Assembly (NCBI GenBank): GCA_053919585.1
Contig: CM132809.1
Reading direction: 5' to 3' (one strand)
DNA length: 64,000 nt
Origin: Euprymna scolopes
Taxonomy: Eukaryota
How positions within the stretch are numbered: position 1 is the first letter of the stretch; each line of letters opens with the position of its first letter. The notes under the pieces are model-generated. The model ran no database searches, was not told the origin of the DNA, and saw only the letters and a program-made list of their open reading frames with translations. Position numbers and translations under genes: made by a program. Of the stretch, positions 11,638 to 25,059 are shown piece by piece.

Positions 11638-13743
11638 TAAATTGTTAATAATAAATGTTGTTAATAATATATATATATATATTTATATATATATATATAT
11701 AGTGTGTGTGTAAATATACATATATGCATACATATTTATATCCATATATGCATATATGTACATATGTATTTATACATTATAACTCAAATGTTGAATGTCA
11801 AAAATGTAAAATACTTGCCTTACATTTTGCATACAATCATTAAATATATACCATATTGAAAATATGCTTTTCAGTATAATATATATATATAATAAATGAA
11901 GTTGTTGAATAATTATGAATTTGTAAATGTTTTTGGATAGTTAATTTTATATTTATTTTTGATATGTAATATATATCTAAAATTAACTTGAAATATGCAA
12001 ACACCAGTAAGCATACCACAACTTAGTCGATTTTCCACCATTATCTCAGAACTTGCCCGCTTGATTAAGCATTCACCCGCACCAACATTAAGCGGTTCAT
12101 AGTCCTGACGTTGACTCTGAGTTTTCTCTTCTCCATCTTACACTTACTGGTTCTTGTAGTCATGGTGAGCAGAGGCGTTGACAGCCGGCATGGCCAAGCA
12201 CAGCACTTTCCCATGTTTGCTGCGGTTAGCAACACTACAAATTGATTCGGCACGCCACCCACATCCATCTTAAGCGATTAGGGTCATGGTTATTTAGTGT
12301 GCATTGTAATTTTATACAGCTGAACATCGAATCGAAATTGATAAAATACGAGTCACGTGAACAATACGTATCTAGATAGGCTCGCGTGTTTGATTCTTTC
12401 AACTATAAATGCTGTAGCACAATTAATGAATTCTATAAAATTATGAACAATATAAATGTCATCCACTTTTATTCTGATACAAACATAACTAGGATAAGGA
12501 TTTCCATTATTCTCGTCAAAATTGGATATATTTTTGAATTTTCACCGTTACCGAATTTACGTGTTGTTCTCCTGAATATTTTTTAAGAAAAATCATTTAA
12601 GCATTTCGCTTTTATTTTAATAAAACTGTAACTTCTTGGGGACTTGCATAAATCCCCTGAAATAAATAAATAAAAAGAAATATATTACCAAATAATATAA
12701 AATAAACTTTTGCTTATTTTTGTTAAAAGAAAAGAAATTACTTTTTAGTGTGCACCAAGGTGGCAGTCGGTATGAAGGGAGGAAAAAGTTGAAGATTGAG
12801 AGCGCGAGAGAAAAAGTCCGACTATGTGTTGTGGCGAAGTGAGAGTTAAGCAATGTTCTTTGACGTGCGAGAAAAACTGTCATTTCAGTTATTGAATTTC
12901 ACTCGCCGAGCTTGGCTGTTGGTATCGGTTATCCCTTTCTCGAATGAGAAAAGTTCTCCGTGCCTTTTATGCTTCTTTAGCGGCTCCCGGAGGCTTGCAA
13001 ACATAATTTTATAGATCGAGCCCTGACTGGTTAAAAATTCATATTTTTGCAAAAAAAAAGGAGCGTTCATTACTCAAGTGTCTTGCTTTTTGACCCAAGA
13101 GGTTCGGTGTGGGTGAATGCTGTAATTTCTGCGCAAAGAAATTTATAAATTTTTAATGTGTATGTGTGTGTGTGTGTGTCTTAGAAAAATAAAATTAGAA
13201 ACAGCACAACTATGATGAGGATCTCTATTATTTTCGTCAAAATTGGAAATATTTTTAAATTTTCCCAATCTATGCACAAATAACTTTACTGTATTTTTGA
13301 TGGCTTGGGAGTACACCCTGATAAAAATTTGGTTTGAAGTCTTGGGAGTACACCCTTATAAAAAGAAAGTCTCGATAGGCAAATGGTGAAGTGCGTAAGC
13401 ACCTGCACTGGCCCCAACCATGTTGACTTGCCTTTCCATCAGATTTTGTCTGTAATGCCGAAAGGGGGACTCTGATAACTGGGAAAACTTAGGTTTCCTT
13501 ATCACCCGCCCAGGCCTGCATCTGGAGAAGCAACTCCAGTTTCGACTGTATAGCCATAGCAGATGCTGCAGTACACCAGATGCAGAATGCCATTGTCTCC
13601 CAAGACAGAAGCTTTCCATCCTCATTCATCCATTTTAAAGTGAGAAGTGCTAAGAATATTAGCAACCTATACGTGGGTTCAGCTCTCTAGTAAGGGAAAT
13701 AACAGTTTCCATATAGTGTAAAACATTGCACTTCATCTGAATG

Positions 13744-13819
13744 TTAGATTGGTTCAAAAATCATCTCGTTTTTATCCTCTTGGGGTTTAAAGAATGATAT
13801 TATTTCTGCACCAACCTAA
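13744..13819. mobile_element. 76-bp mariner MITE (MADE1-like)
   Basis: TTAGATTGGTTCAAAAAT...ATTTCTGCACCAACCTAA followed by TA. Ends match the TIRs of the mariner at 50997-52304. Confidence 0.75.
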
Positions 13820-14019
13820 TAACTGGTAATCGATAATGTAGATACTATATATTATAAAATATTTTACTTTTGTGATTAAGATAATGGTACACGGATAAGA
13901 TATCTGACTATTGTACAAATCGTAGTGTTTCGAATCTCACATAGAAACTCTTACCATTTTCTTGTCATAAGGAAGAGCCGTGACACAGGACAGGCACTTT
14001 CTGTGGAATACGATATAAC

Positions 14020-14021
<2 letters not shown>

Positions 14022-14076
<55 letters not shown>
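14022..14076. repeat. (TAA)n microsatellite
   Basis: Read directly. Confidence 0.95.
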
Positions 14077-14077
<1 letters not shown>

Positions 14078-14179
14078 CGATGTAAATCAAGTTAAATGCA
14101 TTTTCAAAAATAAAGTATTGACTAAGGCATAATAAACATGTTTCAGAAAAATTGTATTCATACAAAGTTCCTAAACTGG

Positions 14180-14638
14180 CTTTGAAACATAGTCGGTGAT
14201 GCTCTTTTCTCTTCCCTGAAACCTCTTTCCCACAGAAGAGATGTTGCGAGCCTATCTCTGCTCTATTGTTGTTTTTATGGCAAATGCTCGACTGAGCTCC
14301 AATCCTTGGCCCCTCCCATGCCAAACTTTCACAAAAACACTCAACTAGATACAACCACTATCAAGATTCCCCCCTTCTCTATCTTAGCCTAAATCTAAAC
14401 ACGGATATCATGAACAAAACTTCTTTCTTAGAACTGCCTATTCCACTTGCCTGCTTCCCGGCTTACTACAGTATGGTAGCCTTCAAGTCCAATGAAAAAA
14501 AATAATCCCCATAAATAATCAAATTCTACCCAAATTACATGATTAACGATTACTACCCTTACCACCTTACATTCATTAACCTTTATCCTGGAGCAGCCTT
14601 TGAGCCTTGATAAGTGGTGACTCCCTTGTAAAAAAAAA
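14180..14638 (+). mobile_element. CR1-group LINE 3' fragment
   Basis: Similar to the RT C-terminus and 3' motif, ends in TGTAAAAAAAA. Confidence 0.85.
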
Positions 14639-14799
14639 CGATCCTTATCTATTCTAGATTTTTCTCAGAAATTTAGAGACAATTTTAAAATTTGTATTTT
14701 TAGATTATTCGGACTATTGTTTTTCTCACTAATGTTATATTATTTTATTTTTATTTTTTGTCCTGGAAGCCTTTGAGATGAGGCTTCTTAATTGGTGTA

Positions 14800-15270
14800 T
14801 TTATTTTTTTGCGGACTGTTATCCTCATCCTCATAGTTGTTGTTTCACAACGTTTCGGCCAACTCATCCTCTGCCCTTCTTCAAATGGTTGCCCACAATG
14901 GGGATAGCGATGCAAATCTTGCAACTGTATCCCCAGTAATTATTGCCTTCCATAATTGTTGTTGTTGTCTCACCACGTTTTGGCCAAGTGATCCTGTGGC
15001 CTGCTTTGGGTAGGATGAATGTTATGAATATCATTCTCACAACGTTTCAGCCGATGTAGACTATGGCTTTCATCAGGTGTAGTTTGTCAAACTCGGGGAT
15101 TTTATATTATGCTCTAGAATCTGTACAGAATTTCAAACATAATCTTTTAATTTAATTTATGGGAGTAGCTTGCTCTCGTTCTGTTAGCGATGATCAGAAA
15201 AAAATATATTCTGCATTTCGCCTGTATTGAGGATAAAAACTTCAACCTTCAGAAGACTGTCAATTCAAAC
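14800..15270 (-). mobile_element. PLE-type repeat with tandem minimal HHR-like motifs
   Basis: Best motif near 15038-15080: CAC-CTGATGA-A-AGCC...GGCT-GAAACGTT-GTG. Decayed motifs near 14847-14885 and 14973-15010. Paralogue at 25060-25320. Confidence 0.6.
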
Positions 15271-16062
15271 TGATTATTATTTAGCACTTATCATTACTTA
15301 CCACGTCTCCAAGATGAGAACAGTATTCTGAACAATCCAAATAAGCCAAAGTATCAATCCTCACCTAAAAAAAATCAACAGAGGTGGCTAAGCTATTTTA
15401 GTGGATCCAGTGTTAGTACACTTACATGTGGTGACCTTTTCTGTCGTCACCTTCCGACTTTCTGCCACATCTTCTCCCGGTTCGGAGACAATGAACAGTG
15501 CATGTGCCAAACGTCTCTTTTATAATTTGACTTTTTACAAACCCATGTTGGGTGATCAGTTCTCTGTACTTGTATCTAAAGTTAGACTTTGAAGGCAAAC
15601 AAGTAAACAACATATACTAATTCAATCTACTATTTAGTCAAGAACATCAATGTGCTTAATTGTGTGTCTAGTTGTTCATTAACTGAAAACCTGTATTTAT
15701 TGCTGTTTTCACAAAAACTGGAGAGCGTTTCCGTTTATAAATTTCTGCATGATAAAAATAGACAAACTGCACCTGCATTGAAATGGATGCTTCATATAAT
15801 ATGTCTTAAGAATAATAAATCTGCCCACCATGTCAAAAGGGCAAGAAATACAAGAATTCATCAATTCATACAGAACAAAAATATTTCCTCTTGATCATTA
15901 CTTCTTCTTTCTGGAATGCGATTGATTTATTGCTTGTCATCCATGGTGAAGTGCTGATAAAACAATACAATTCAATTTTGTGCATACTTCTTGATAGACA
16001 GTGATACATATACTTAGAGGACACCCTTGAGCATAGCACCAACCATTAGGATAGAACTCGTA

Positions 16063-16180
16063 CCGTACTTTGGGGTAATTGCACCAAATCCGAGGGTAAT
16101 TACGCCAATTAAAAAAAGTGCTCTTTATATGTGGTTGCCAAAAGAGCACTTTTAGCTGGTGCAATTACCCAAAAGTATGG
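16063..16180. mobile_element. 118-bp palindromic MITE (Tc1/mariner-pogo type)
   Basis: TA|CCGTACTTTGGGGTAATTGCACCA...TGGTGCAATTACCCAAAAGTATGG|TA. Confidence 0.8.
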
Positions 16181-16931
16181 TACTATTGCAACAGCACAAA
16201 CTACCTACAAAATTGGACTAACTCACACACATAAATACCAGCAGAATTTACGTGCTCATACAAGAATGCCAGGGTAACCACCCCCAAAAAAAACAAATGG
16301 AGGCCATCTAGAACATATGCTGTAGAACAGAGAAAAAAAGGCCAAAGACCCTAGTGTTTTGATACTATAGTTTGAATATAAAAAACTAGTTAACCAAAGT
16401 TTAATTTCATTCGGACAAAACACTTAGAAACGGGGCCTAATTAGATGTGGGGCCCNNNNNNNNNNNNNNNNNNNNNNNNNNNNNNNNNNNNNNNNNNNNN
16501 NNNNNNNNNNNNNNNNNNNNNNNNNNNNNNNNNNNNNNNNNNNNNNNNNNNNNNNNNNNNNNNNNNNNNNNNNNNNNNNNNNNNNNNGTCGGATTTTGAC
16601 CTTCATAGGATTAAAAATCAAGATATTTCATGCAAATATAATATGCACAAACGGCAGAACAATATCTGAGGTGTGTTATAGGCTTATTATTTCTCAAATT
16701 CCTCGATAATCTTAGATTTCTATACTTTTTCTGCTGAGAAGTCACGGCCAAAATCGGTTAAGATCAATGGAAGTGGTAAAATATTTTCTCTCTAATAAAT
16801 TCCTCCTCCCCCTGCCACCACTTAACACCGTTTGGGGATCGTTCACAAGGAACAGTTGAGAAGAGAACACCGGTTTGGCTTCGTAGTTCTTTCATGTGAA
16901 GTTATTTAAAATCACTAAACTAAGCTGCAGT

Positions 16932-16960
16932 GCTCTGTGGCGTAGTGGTTAGCGTGCTGG
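16932..16960 (+). mobile_element. Truncated tRNA-derived SINE head
   Basis: GCTCTGTGGCGTAGTGGTTAGCGTGCTGGAC, with A-box TGGCGTAGTGG. No B-box or acceptor 3' strand. Confidence 0.45.
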
Positions 16961-17814
16961 ACAATTCACATTATATTTTCACGTTCGCGCCGACCTACCG
17001 TAGTCGTTTTTTTTTTTCCTAAACAACTGGAATAGACTTTTCTTGGCGGCCGAACTGTTAACGTTGCAGATGTTTTTTTTGTTTTTTTTTTCACACTTTA
17101 TTTTCCTACTTTTACTCATGACTCCGGGTTTGATCCTTCCTACTTACCTACCATAACATTTTTTAAAACTCCCCCCCGTCCCGGAAACAAACACTCGGGC
17201 AACGCNNNNNNNNNNNNNNNNNNNNNNNNNNNNNNNNNNNNNNNNNNNNNNNNNNNNNNNNNNNNNNNNNNNNNNNNNNNNNNNNNNNNNNNNNNNNNNN
17301 NNNNNNNNNNNNNNNNNNNNNNNNNNNNNNNNNNNNNNNNNNNNNNNNNNNNNNNNNNNNNNNNNNNNNNNNNNNNNNNNNNNNNNNNNNNNNNNNNNNN
17401 NNNNNNNNNNNNNNNNNNNNNNNNNNNNNNNNNNNNNNNNNNNNNNNNNNNNNNNNNNNNNNNNNNNNNNNNNNNNNNNNNNNNNNNNNNNNNNNNNNNN
17501 NNNNNNNNNNNNNNNNNNNNNNNNNNNNNNNNNNNNNNNNNNNNNNNNNNNNNNNNNNNNNNNNNNNNNNNNNNNNNNNNNNNNNNNNNNNNNNNNNNNN
17601 NNNNNNNNNNNNNNNNNNNNNNNNNNNNNNNNNNNNNNNNNNNNNNNNNNNNNNNNNNNNNNNNNNNNNNNNNNNGATAAAGCTTATTGCTATAATATTC
17701 TCTAACATCAGGGGTCTTATTTTTGCACTCTGTCACCCTCGTAACAACGGAGTTATTATCTTTAAGAGAATATCTGAAAAAAAAATGACCACATTCGGTC
17801 TGTTCATCTTTTGG

Positions 17815-20042
17815 CTAACGGTCACCTCAGTGGAGACTCCAATGTTCACAATGTGGAATGGTTAACCCACTACAAACAACACCTATGGTGAGTGGTGGTT
17901 CTGTTATGATTTCTCCATTTCATATGACCTAACTCTGATTGTTCACGAACCCACCCGTATGGCAAGTATGCCAGTCTCCAAGAGCTTTTTTTTTTGTCCT
18001 GAGCTATGTTTTTCTTTCCTTCTTTCTCCACTGCGATCTTCCGACAACTCAGTTGTCTCAGTTAAGATAAGAACAAAATGTAATGAATCCACCATCATAC
18101 AATATATCGATACTATATGGCTGCGGTAGCTTTCATACATTTATATTTGATCTATCTTTGCGTTCCGTGTGCAAAATAATATTGAACTCTATAGTATTAG
18201 ATCTGACGGAATGGTTAATTGCAAGTATAGACCGTTTCATACTCTCCCGAAAATTCCAGCAAAACCCTAACCGCCAGCCGTGGTTCTCTCCAGCATATGC
18301 TGTTGGCATTGCGTACAGAAATCATTATTTCCATTGCTTCCAACCTAATAGATGTACTGAGACTAAAGCCACTTTCAGAACTGCCACTAACTACTGTAAA
18401 AAAGTGTAATAAAGAACGTGAAAAAGTTGTATGCCCAGTCTGTAAAGTCCAAAGTTGCTGAGTAGCAGCGTGGTTCCCACCAATTTTGGCAAATAATAAA
18501 CAGGATCTTGAATAGAAGTGTGTGTCTTAAGGAGAAATGCTGGAAAACTTCATCAGTATGTCCCATATTTAAAAATGTAGGTGATTAGTCATCTTCCTCT
18601 CAATACAGACCACTTAGACCCTAACCCTAACCCTAAACCATCTCCCTCTCAATACAGACCACTTAGTCTCCTGTGCATCATAAGTAAGTTGCTAGAATTT
18701 GTGTTAAATAAAGAAGTAGTAAACCACCTCAGCAAAAATAACCTCCTCAATGACATGCAATATGGCTTACGTTCTGCTAGATCTGCAGCAGATGTGCTAA
18801 CAGTTATATCTCATAGGATTAGCGAATCTCTCGATGGAGACTATTTTTCTAGGGCCTATATGATATAGTATAAAGGTCACAGGATATAGTATAAAGGTCT
18901 ACTCCACAAAATCTCCAGCTACGGTATAGCTGGAAATGTCTTCTCAATTATTAAATAAATTCTCTTAGATAGGTTCATAAGAGTAGTGGTTGAAGGGCAG
19001 AAAGTAGAAGCTTACAATATTAATGCTGGCGTCCCGCAGGTGTCCATCCAGGGCAAAACTTTCTTCCGGATCTACATCAATGATCTTCCAAATCACATCC
19101 TAAAATCATTTGTAGACATGTATGCTGATGATACTACCATCTATTGCAACATATCAAAGGCAGTAAACGACCAAGTTCTCTCTCCTCTGATCTTAAACAC
19201 GTGGTCCAATGGGGAAAGACGTATCTGGTTAATTTTAATGCATCTAAAACCAAGTTTCTATCTTTAAATCATAAGTGCTCTGAGCCCCGTCATGAATGGC
19301 TCTTGTCTTGGGGGGTGGATTTCATGTTTTGACAAACTTCTTTGGCTGACATTTACTTCTGATCTGAGACGGACCAAATACGCTGCCAGATCTGCTTGGG
19401 AAAATGGTGTAATTGTTCGACCGCTCGAGTAGATATCTACTTGCTGATGCAATTCTCTACCTGTATAAGAGCCAAGTACGTCCAAGGATAGAGTACTGTT
19501 GCCTTATCTGGACTAGAGCTGCTAGAAGCAGCTTATCTTACCTTGACAGGGTTCAAAATAGAAATCGTAGCCTAGTGGGGAGGGGCTGTTGTCTCTTGCC
19601 TGCGACCTCTTTCCCACAGAGGAGGCGTTGCGAGCCTGTCCCTACTTTATGAATATTTTCATTGCAAGTGATGGTCTGAGCTCCAATCTATTGTTCCCCT
19701 AGGCCTGACTTTCATGAAAAACATTCGTCTTGCTTAAATCATTGTCAATAATTCCCCCTACTCTTTATCTGTGCCTAAACCTAAACATAGATTCCATGAA
19801 CAAAGTTTCTTTCTTAGAACTGCACGCCTATGGAACTTTATTCTATTTCCCTGCTTTCCAAATGACTGCAATGTGGTTGTCTTCAAGTCTAACATAAACA
19901 AATTCTTAAGTAATCTAATTTACCAAATTTCGACTACTTATGATGACTAAGACATGCTCCTCTTAACCGTTGTACACTCATTAACCTTTATCCTTGATTG
20001 ATCTCCGGGCCTTTATACGTGGTACTTCTTTTGTAAAAAAAT
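17815..20042 (+). mobile_element. CR1-group LINE, decayed, with internal deletions
   Basis: QYRPLSLL, YADD, YKSQVRPRIEYC, 3' motif and A-tail. Confidence 0.92.
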
Positions 20043-20269
20043 AAATAAATAATAATGATATTTATTTTAATTTTGATCAAAATTCATTACACGATTTTGA
20101 TTTTAGAATAATTTCAAATTTAATGCTTAAACTTGAGAGGTTTTGATAAGAAATTAGAATTCAGGGAATCTTTATTAACTACCTAATGATCAAATTCACT
20201 GATCAGTTCAGTAAGAAGCTCGTCTGTTGGAGGGATAATAGATAGCATGCAGTGAATTGTAAAGCAAGA

Positions 20270-20483
20270 GTTAGCAATCTCTAACCACTCCTCGTCTGAG
20301 CCAGCTTGATTTCAGAGGCAAGGAGAAGGCCAGATGACTAGTAACAATACCAAAACAAGCAGAGAACACACCGAACATCTTGTATTCCCAGATGGTCACC
20401 CATTTTAGTAGCGACCAGGCTAAACGTTGCTGAACTTTGCTGATCTAATGGGGGCCAGTCAGCCAACGTGATTATGCCGTATA
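20270..20483 (-). mobile_element. 5S rRNA-derived SINE (SINE3-like)
   Basis: Minus strand TACGGCATAATCACG...AAGTTCAGCAACGTTTAGCCTGGTCGCTACTAAAATGGGTGACCATCTGGGAATAC resembles 5S rRNA. Body shared with 27291-27575. Confidence 0.7.
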
Positions 20484-20990
20484 TGATTGGGTAGATAAGT
20501 AATGAATCAATGCTCTACGTACAAATATATAAACATATAAAAATGTCTAACTTCATATATACAGATATATAACTGTATATAAAAAATATGTATACATAAA
20601 CACGAGTCACTGTAACAGAGTCGTACCACCCAAACGTTATTTTTCATCTTTCCAACCAAGTTTTTAAGTATAAATAGAAGACAGAAAAAGATCAGATAAA
20701 GCAAGATTACTGGAAATTGTTCATCAGCCAAATGTCAGTTGAGAAGGAAAGTCGTTTGTTATTTTCACCATCTTGTTGCCCAATTGTCCGTGCGAAGCTT
20801 CTGCTATCCTTTTCTTTGCGGGTGTGGAGAGACCTGGCTATATCATTATTTCTCTCTCCTCCCCTACCGCTCCCCCTTCACCTCGTTTCTCTCTCTCTTT
20901 CTCTCTCTCGCTCTCTCTCTTTCTCTCTCTCTCTGTATATTATTATTATTATTATTATAAATTATTTGACAAACACCCACCCACACAAAA

Positions 20991-21074
<84 letters not shown>

Positions 21075-21078
<4 letters not shown>

Positions 21079-21799
21079 TTATAAAAATAGAATATACGTT
21101 TTTTGAGTATTAATTCTATTTTTGGTTCTTTTCCAACTTCCAAATAATTATTCTCCTGGCAGAAACTGGCTGATATAGTCACCATATTTATCGTTAGTCC
21201 GAGTACTTTCCAATCCTTCTGAATCCATTGTCAGGGATAGATTAATCTAACTGCTTTGAACAATTCAGATAATTTTTTATAACGTGTATATTTTTTCATT
21301 GGTTAATTATTTGAATAACTAAATCACTTGACTTATTAACATTCTTGTCCCCGATCTTAATTTAGAAATATTTTGGTTATAACACATATATACTTGAACG
21401 AACTAATAATAAATGAAAACTGAAAATACTAGAAACATTACTAATAAAACTAAAAAAAAAACTACTATAAATAAAATAAACTTTACTAATAGTAATAACA
21501 TTCTTAAATGTTTGTAAAGTTATTAAATAATTAACCAATGAAATAAATGTATACATGTTATAAAAAAAAACATTATATAAATTATTTAAAACCAGATAGA
21601 TTAATCGATCTCTACCGATGAATCCAGAGGGATTTGAAAGTGCTCGGACATGATAAATATAGCGATTCCATCAGCCAGTTCCTGCCAGAAGTTAAGACCG
21701 CTATTCAGAAGTTGAAAATGATTAAATATACAATTAATAGACAAAAAACGTCTATTTTATTTATGAAATATTCCTAAGAGGACAAATGCTGCACCCCCC

Positions 21800-21800
<1 letters not shown>
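21075..21800. mobile_element. Inverted pair of PLE pLTRs (arms ~21075-21320 and ~21517-21800), each with an HHR-like motif
   Basis: Arms are diverged reverse complements. The right arm encodes YSDSISQF...INRQKTSILF/EIFLRGQMLH, homologous to the PLE N-terminus at 10654-10833. (TA)n on both flanks. Confidence 0.8.
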
Positions 21801-21886
<86 letters not shown>

Positions 21887-22239
21887 GCTTTAAAAAGTCC
21901 TACGTTGTGAAGATACTGGTTTTAAAACTATATTCAATAATTAATAACGACAACCCTCCAAAAAGTGGAACCAACTCCCTTTACTTATCAAGACACATTT
22001 GTCAAGCGAAAACAAAAATAGCTAATATTAAAGTGAACATCAGATATTTTGGACATCCACTTTTTAAAGCGAATTGATAGAGATTATGGCAAGATTATTT
22101 CTGATAAAAATGGTCGATTATTTCATAATTTGGGCCTAAACTTACAAACTTGAATAATTCAAATTTGTTTTTATCCTAGTAATAAAAAACATTCAGTCAG
22201 TATTTGTTAAGTATATTGAATTGGGATACATAAAAAAGG

Positions 22240-22640
22240 AAAAATATTTCAGAAATGAGTTTGCAGAAAAAAACGTTGTATAGGAAATACACTTCTCCTT
22301 GTTTTGTCAGTAGTATGAATGCAATGTTTAGATGGCTCGAAAGACGAGTCAACTAGAAGGCTGAGATCTTTTGTCTCATTCACATCCTGAAGCAGAGCAA
22401 TGTAATCACCGAAAGTAAGAACCGTGTTGGAAGGAGAACCCACTGCAATTTAGCAGCATTTATTAACATTAAAGTCAAGGTCCCATTCAATGGACTAATT
22501 CCAGACAAGTTGGAGTTTAGACGTGAGAATGTCGATTTTGCTTCTATGAACTACTAATGTGACGTCATCTGAAAATAGAGGCATATTCTCACCAATCACT
22601 TCCGGTATGTCTTTCATATGAATTAGAAAGAAAATATGGC
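22240..22640 (-). mobile_element. Old LINE RT remnant of a different family
   Basis: FFLIHMKDIPEVIGENMPLFSDDV (decayed FADD) and ETKDLSLLVDSS...PSKHC. Confidence 0.6.
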
Positions 22641-22954
22641 TAAGCATCCTTGAGTTTTGTTGAAAAAGCGGCAGCCATGTTCGTTTATTTATAGAAAATT
22701 AGACTTTCTAATTACCAAAATGAACTAAAAATTTTTTGTCCATCTTCCGTGCACACTAACCCGGTAAAAATATACTAAACTAGAACTGATAACAGAAGTA
22801 CCTGATTAGAATATAAAAGATACATTTTGATAAGTGAAACTTAGACAAACTTACCTAAACGCTATTAACCTGTAAAATAAAAAAGAAAGATCCAACTCTG
22901 TATTTAGTGAAAACGAGATATTTTGAAAAGACAAATATAACATAACTTGTCCAG

Positions 22955-23590
22955 ACATATTTTCTCATTATAATGAATGAATTAGTTAAAAGTTTTCCCC
23001 AATATTTATAGTAAGCAGAAGAATTTCATTGTTATCCCATGACGTAGACATCATCTTAATAAATGAGACTGAAGTTGCTCCAGATCTTTATAGAAAGCAG
23101 AGAAGAGTCATTGTTATAACATGGCGTAGATTTTTTCATAATAAATAAGTGAGGTTAGAGTTGACTTAGATCTTAATAGTAAGCTGATGGGTTTTATGGT
23201 TATCGTTGACGTTAACATCAACATAATAAATGTGTAACATTGAAGTTGTTCCAGATCTTTATATTATTCAGAAGAGTTTCTTGTCGCCCATGAAGTAGAC
23301 ATCATCATAATAAATGAGTTCGATTAAAGTTGCCCCAGATCTTTATAGTAAGCAAAAGCGTTTCATTGTTATATTTGACGTAGACATCATCACAATGAGT
23401 CCAATTGAAGTTGCACTCTTTATAGTAAGTAAATAAATTTCATTATCTTTTGATACCTTCACATAGACATCATCATAATAAATGAGTTAGATTAAAATTG
23501 CCCCAGATCTTTAAAGAAAGCAGAAGAGCTTCATTGTTATCAATGGCGTAGACATCATCATAATCAATTAGTTTGAAGTTGCCTCAGAAA
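22955..23590. repeat. ~84-bp tandem repeat, ~7.5 degenerate units
   Basis: GTAGACATCATC-like anchor recurs near 23044, 23126, 23210, 23295, 23380, 23464 and 23548. Confidence 0.85.
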
Positions 23591-23949
23591 ATGCATGTTC
23601 AATTCAGTTTCTGACTGTAAGTGAAACTTTTTTTAAAAATCTTTTTGAATGATTTTAAAATGACTGGACGGAGGACATTTGTGCATAATATTTACATACA
23701 AAAAACACTTAACAATCTTATGATGGACGATTATTTTAATTCACTACGGTCACTTTTCTTTTAGAAGCGACATAGCTAGCCATTTTTTTGTATAGTTATT
23801 TATATGGAATGTGCTCGATTGAACTTTAATCTATGTCCTATAATTTTTTGACAATTTCAATGTAAAATCTTCTTGATACAAAAATTTCACTTTAGTTATA
23901 GAAAACACATGATTGACCTGGGTAAGATCAAAGTGCAGTATCTGTTGTT

Positions 23950-24010
23950 AACCCTTATCCTCGAGTGGCCTCTGGGCCTTGATAAGTGGTGACACCCACG
24001 TAAAAAAAAA
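23950..24010 (+). mobile_element. Extreme 3' stub of the CR1-group LINE
   Basis: CCCTTATCCTCGAGTGGCCTCTGGGCCTTGATAAGTGGTG followed by an A-tail. Further 3' remnants near 24590-24800(-), 29050-29350(-), 30740-31100(-), 32630-33060(+), 35680-35742(+), 44345-44600(+) and 50060-50355(+). Confidence 0.8.
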
Positions 24011-25059
24011 CAAAAAAACATCTAAACGATATTTGATGCTTTTTTATACAAATTATCTCCTTTGAGAATAGAATTTTAAAAGGTTCTTTTTTTTTTTTTA
24101 AATATCTCCTTAACTAATAGATTTAATAATTATAATAATAGTACTATTCATAAAACGATTGCGTATATAGAAGAAAAGTTGGCAATAGAATACAGGAATG
24201 TGAATTTATTAGAAACTTAAAAAGACACACCATGCAAATGAGAAATAGCGAGATTTGTTTGAGAGAGGATTCGGTGATTTCTATATATATTGTATTTTAA
24301 AATATATTTTTAGCGAGAAGGATAGATAGAAAAATATTTTGAATTTAATCATTTAAAAAGATAAACTATTAATATCCATAGTACCTGCATTAAAGAGATA
24401 TAGTATAACACCGTATACAATAACACACCTTTTTTTCATCAGCCAGAAACAAAATCTGGCAGGAACATAAAATATTCTATTCCAGCAACAAAATATTCTA
24501 TCGTTTTTTTATTTTTTAAAGTAAGAGAATCGTTTTAATTGTATTATTCTATAATAACATATCACTCTGAGTTTTATTTTTAATTTAGTTTTTTATACAA
24601 AGAGGGATTACCATATATCAAGACCCGGAGGCCACTCAAGGATAAGGTTTACTGTGTGTATTGTAGCCATTGAGACAGTAGCGTAGTAATCGTTTGTAAT
24701 GGAAATTCGGTATAATAAGATTATTTACGAGGGCAATTCCATAAGAACTTGTTTATGTTGGACGTGAATATGAAAATATTGTAGTTAGCTTAAAAACAGG
24801 CCATCGGGACATAACATTTTTTTTCTAAATACCGAGTTGTCTTCCTTCAGGACACTTACTGGTCCGTAACACTGGCGACAAGGGATTATTAAGGAATTTT
24901 GAACTTTTGTCACCAACAACAAGCTCCTTAATCCCTTGTCTGGGGCATAAGAAACATTCCAAAATCTATGTGATAATTTTCTATTAGCATGATAGTACGC
25001 TTCTGAATATTTGAGATGAGCATTGGATAATCATGTCATTTGAATACTTTGGATTTTAT

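Noticed and set aside
20368-20483. Functional 5S rRNA gene
   Set aside because: Too diverged, no T-run terminator, dispersed and joined to a shared body.
21883-22080. Possible third GIY-YIG remnant
   Set aside because: Only scattered residues (FK...NN, LSRHI) across frames, too degenerate.
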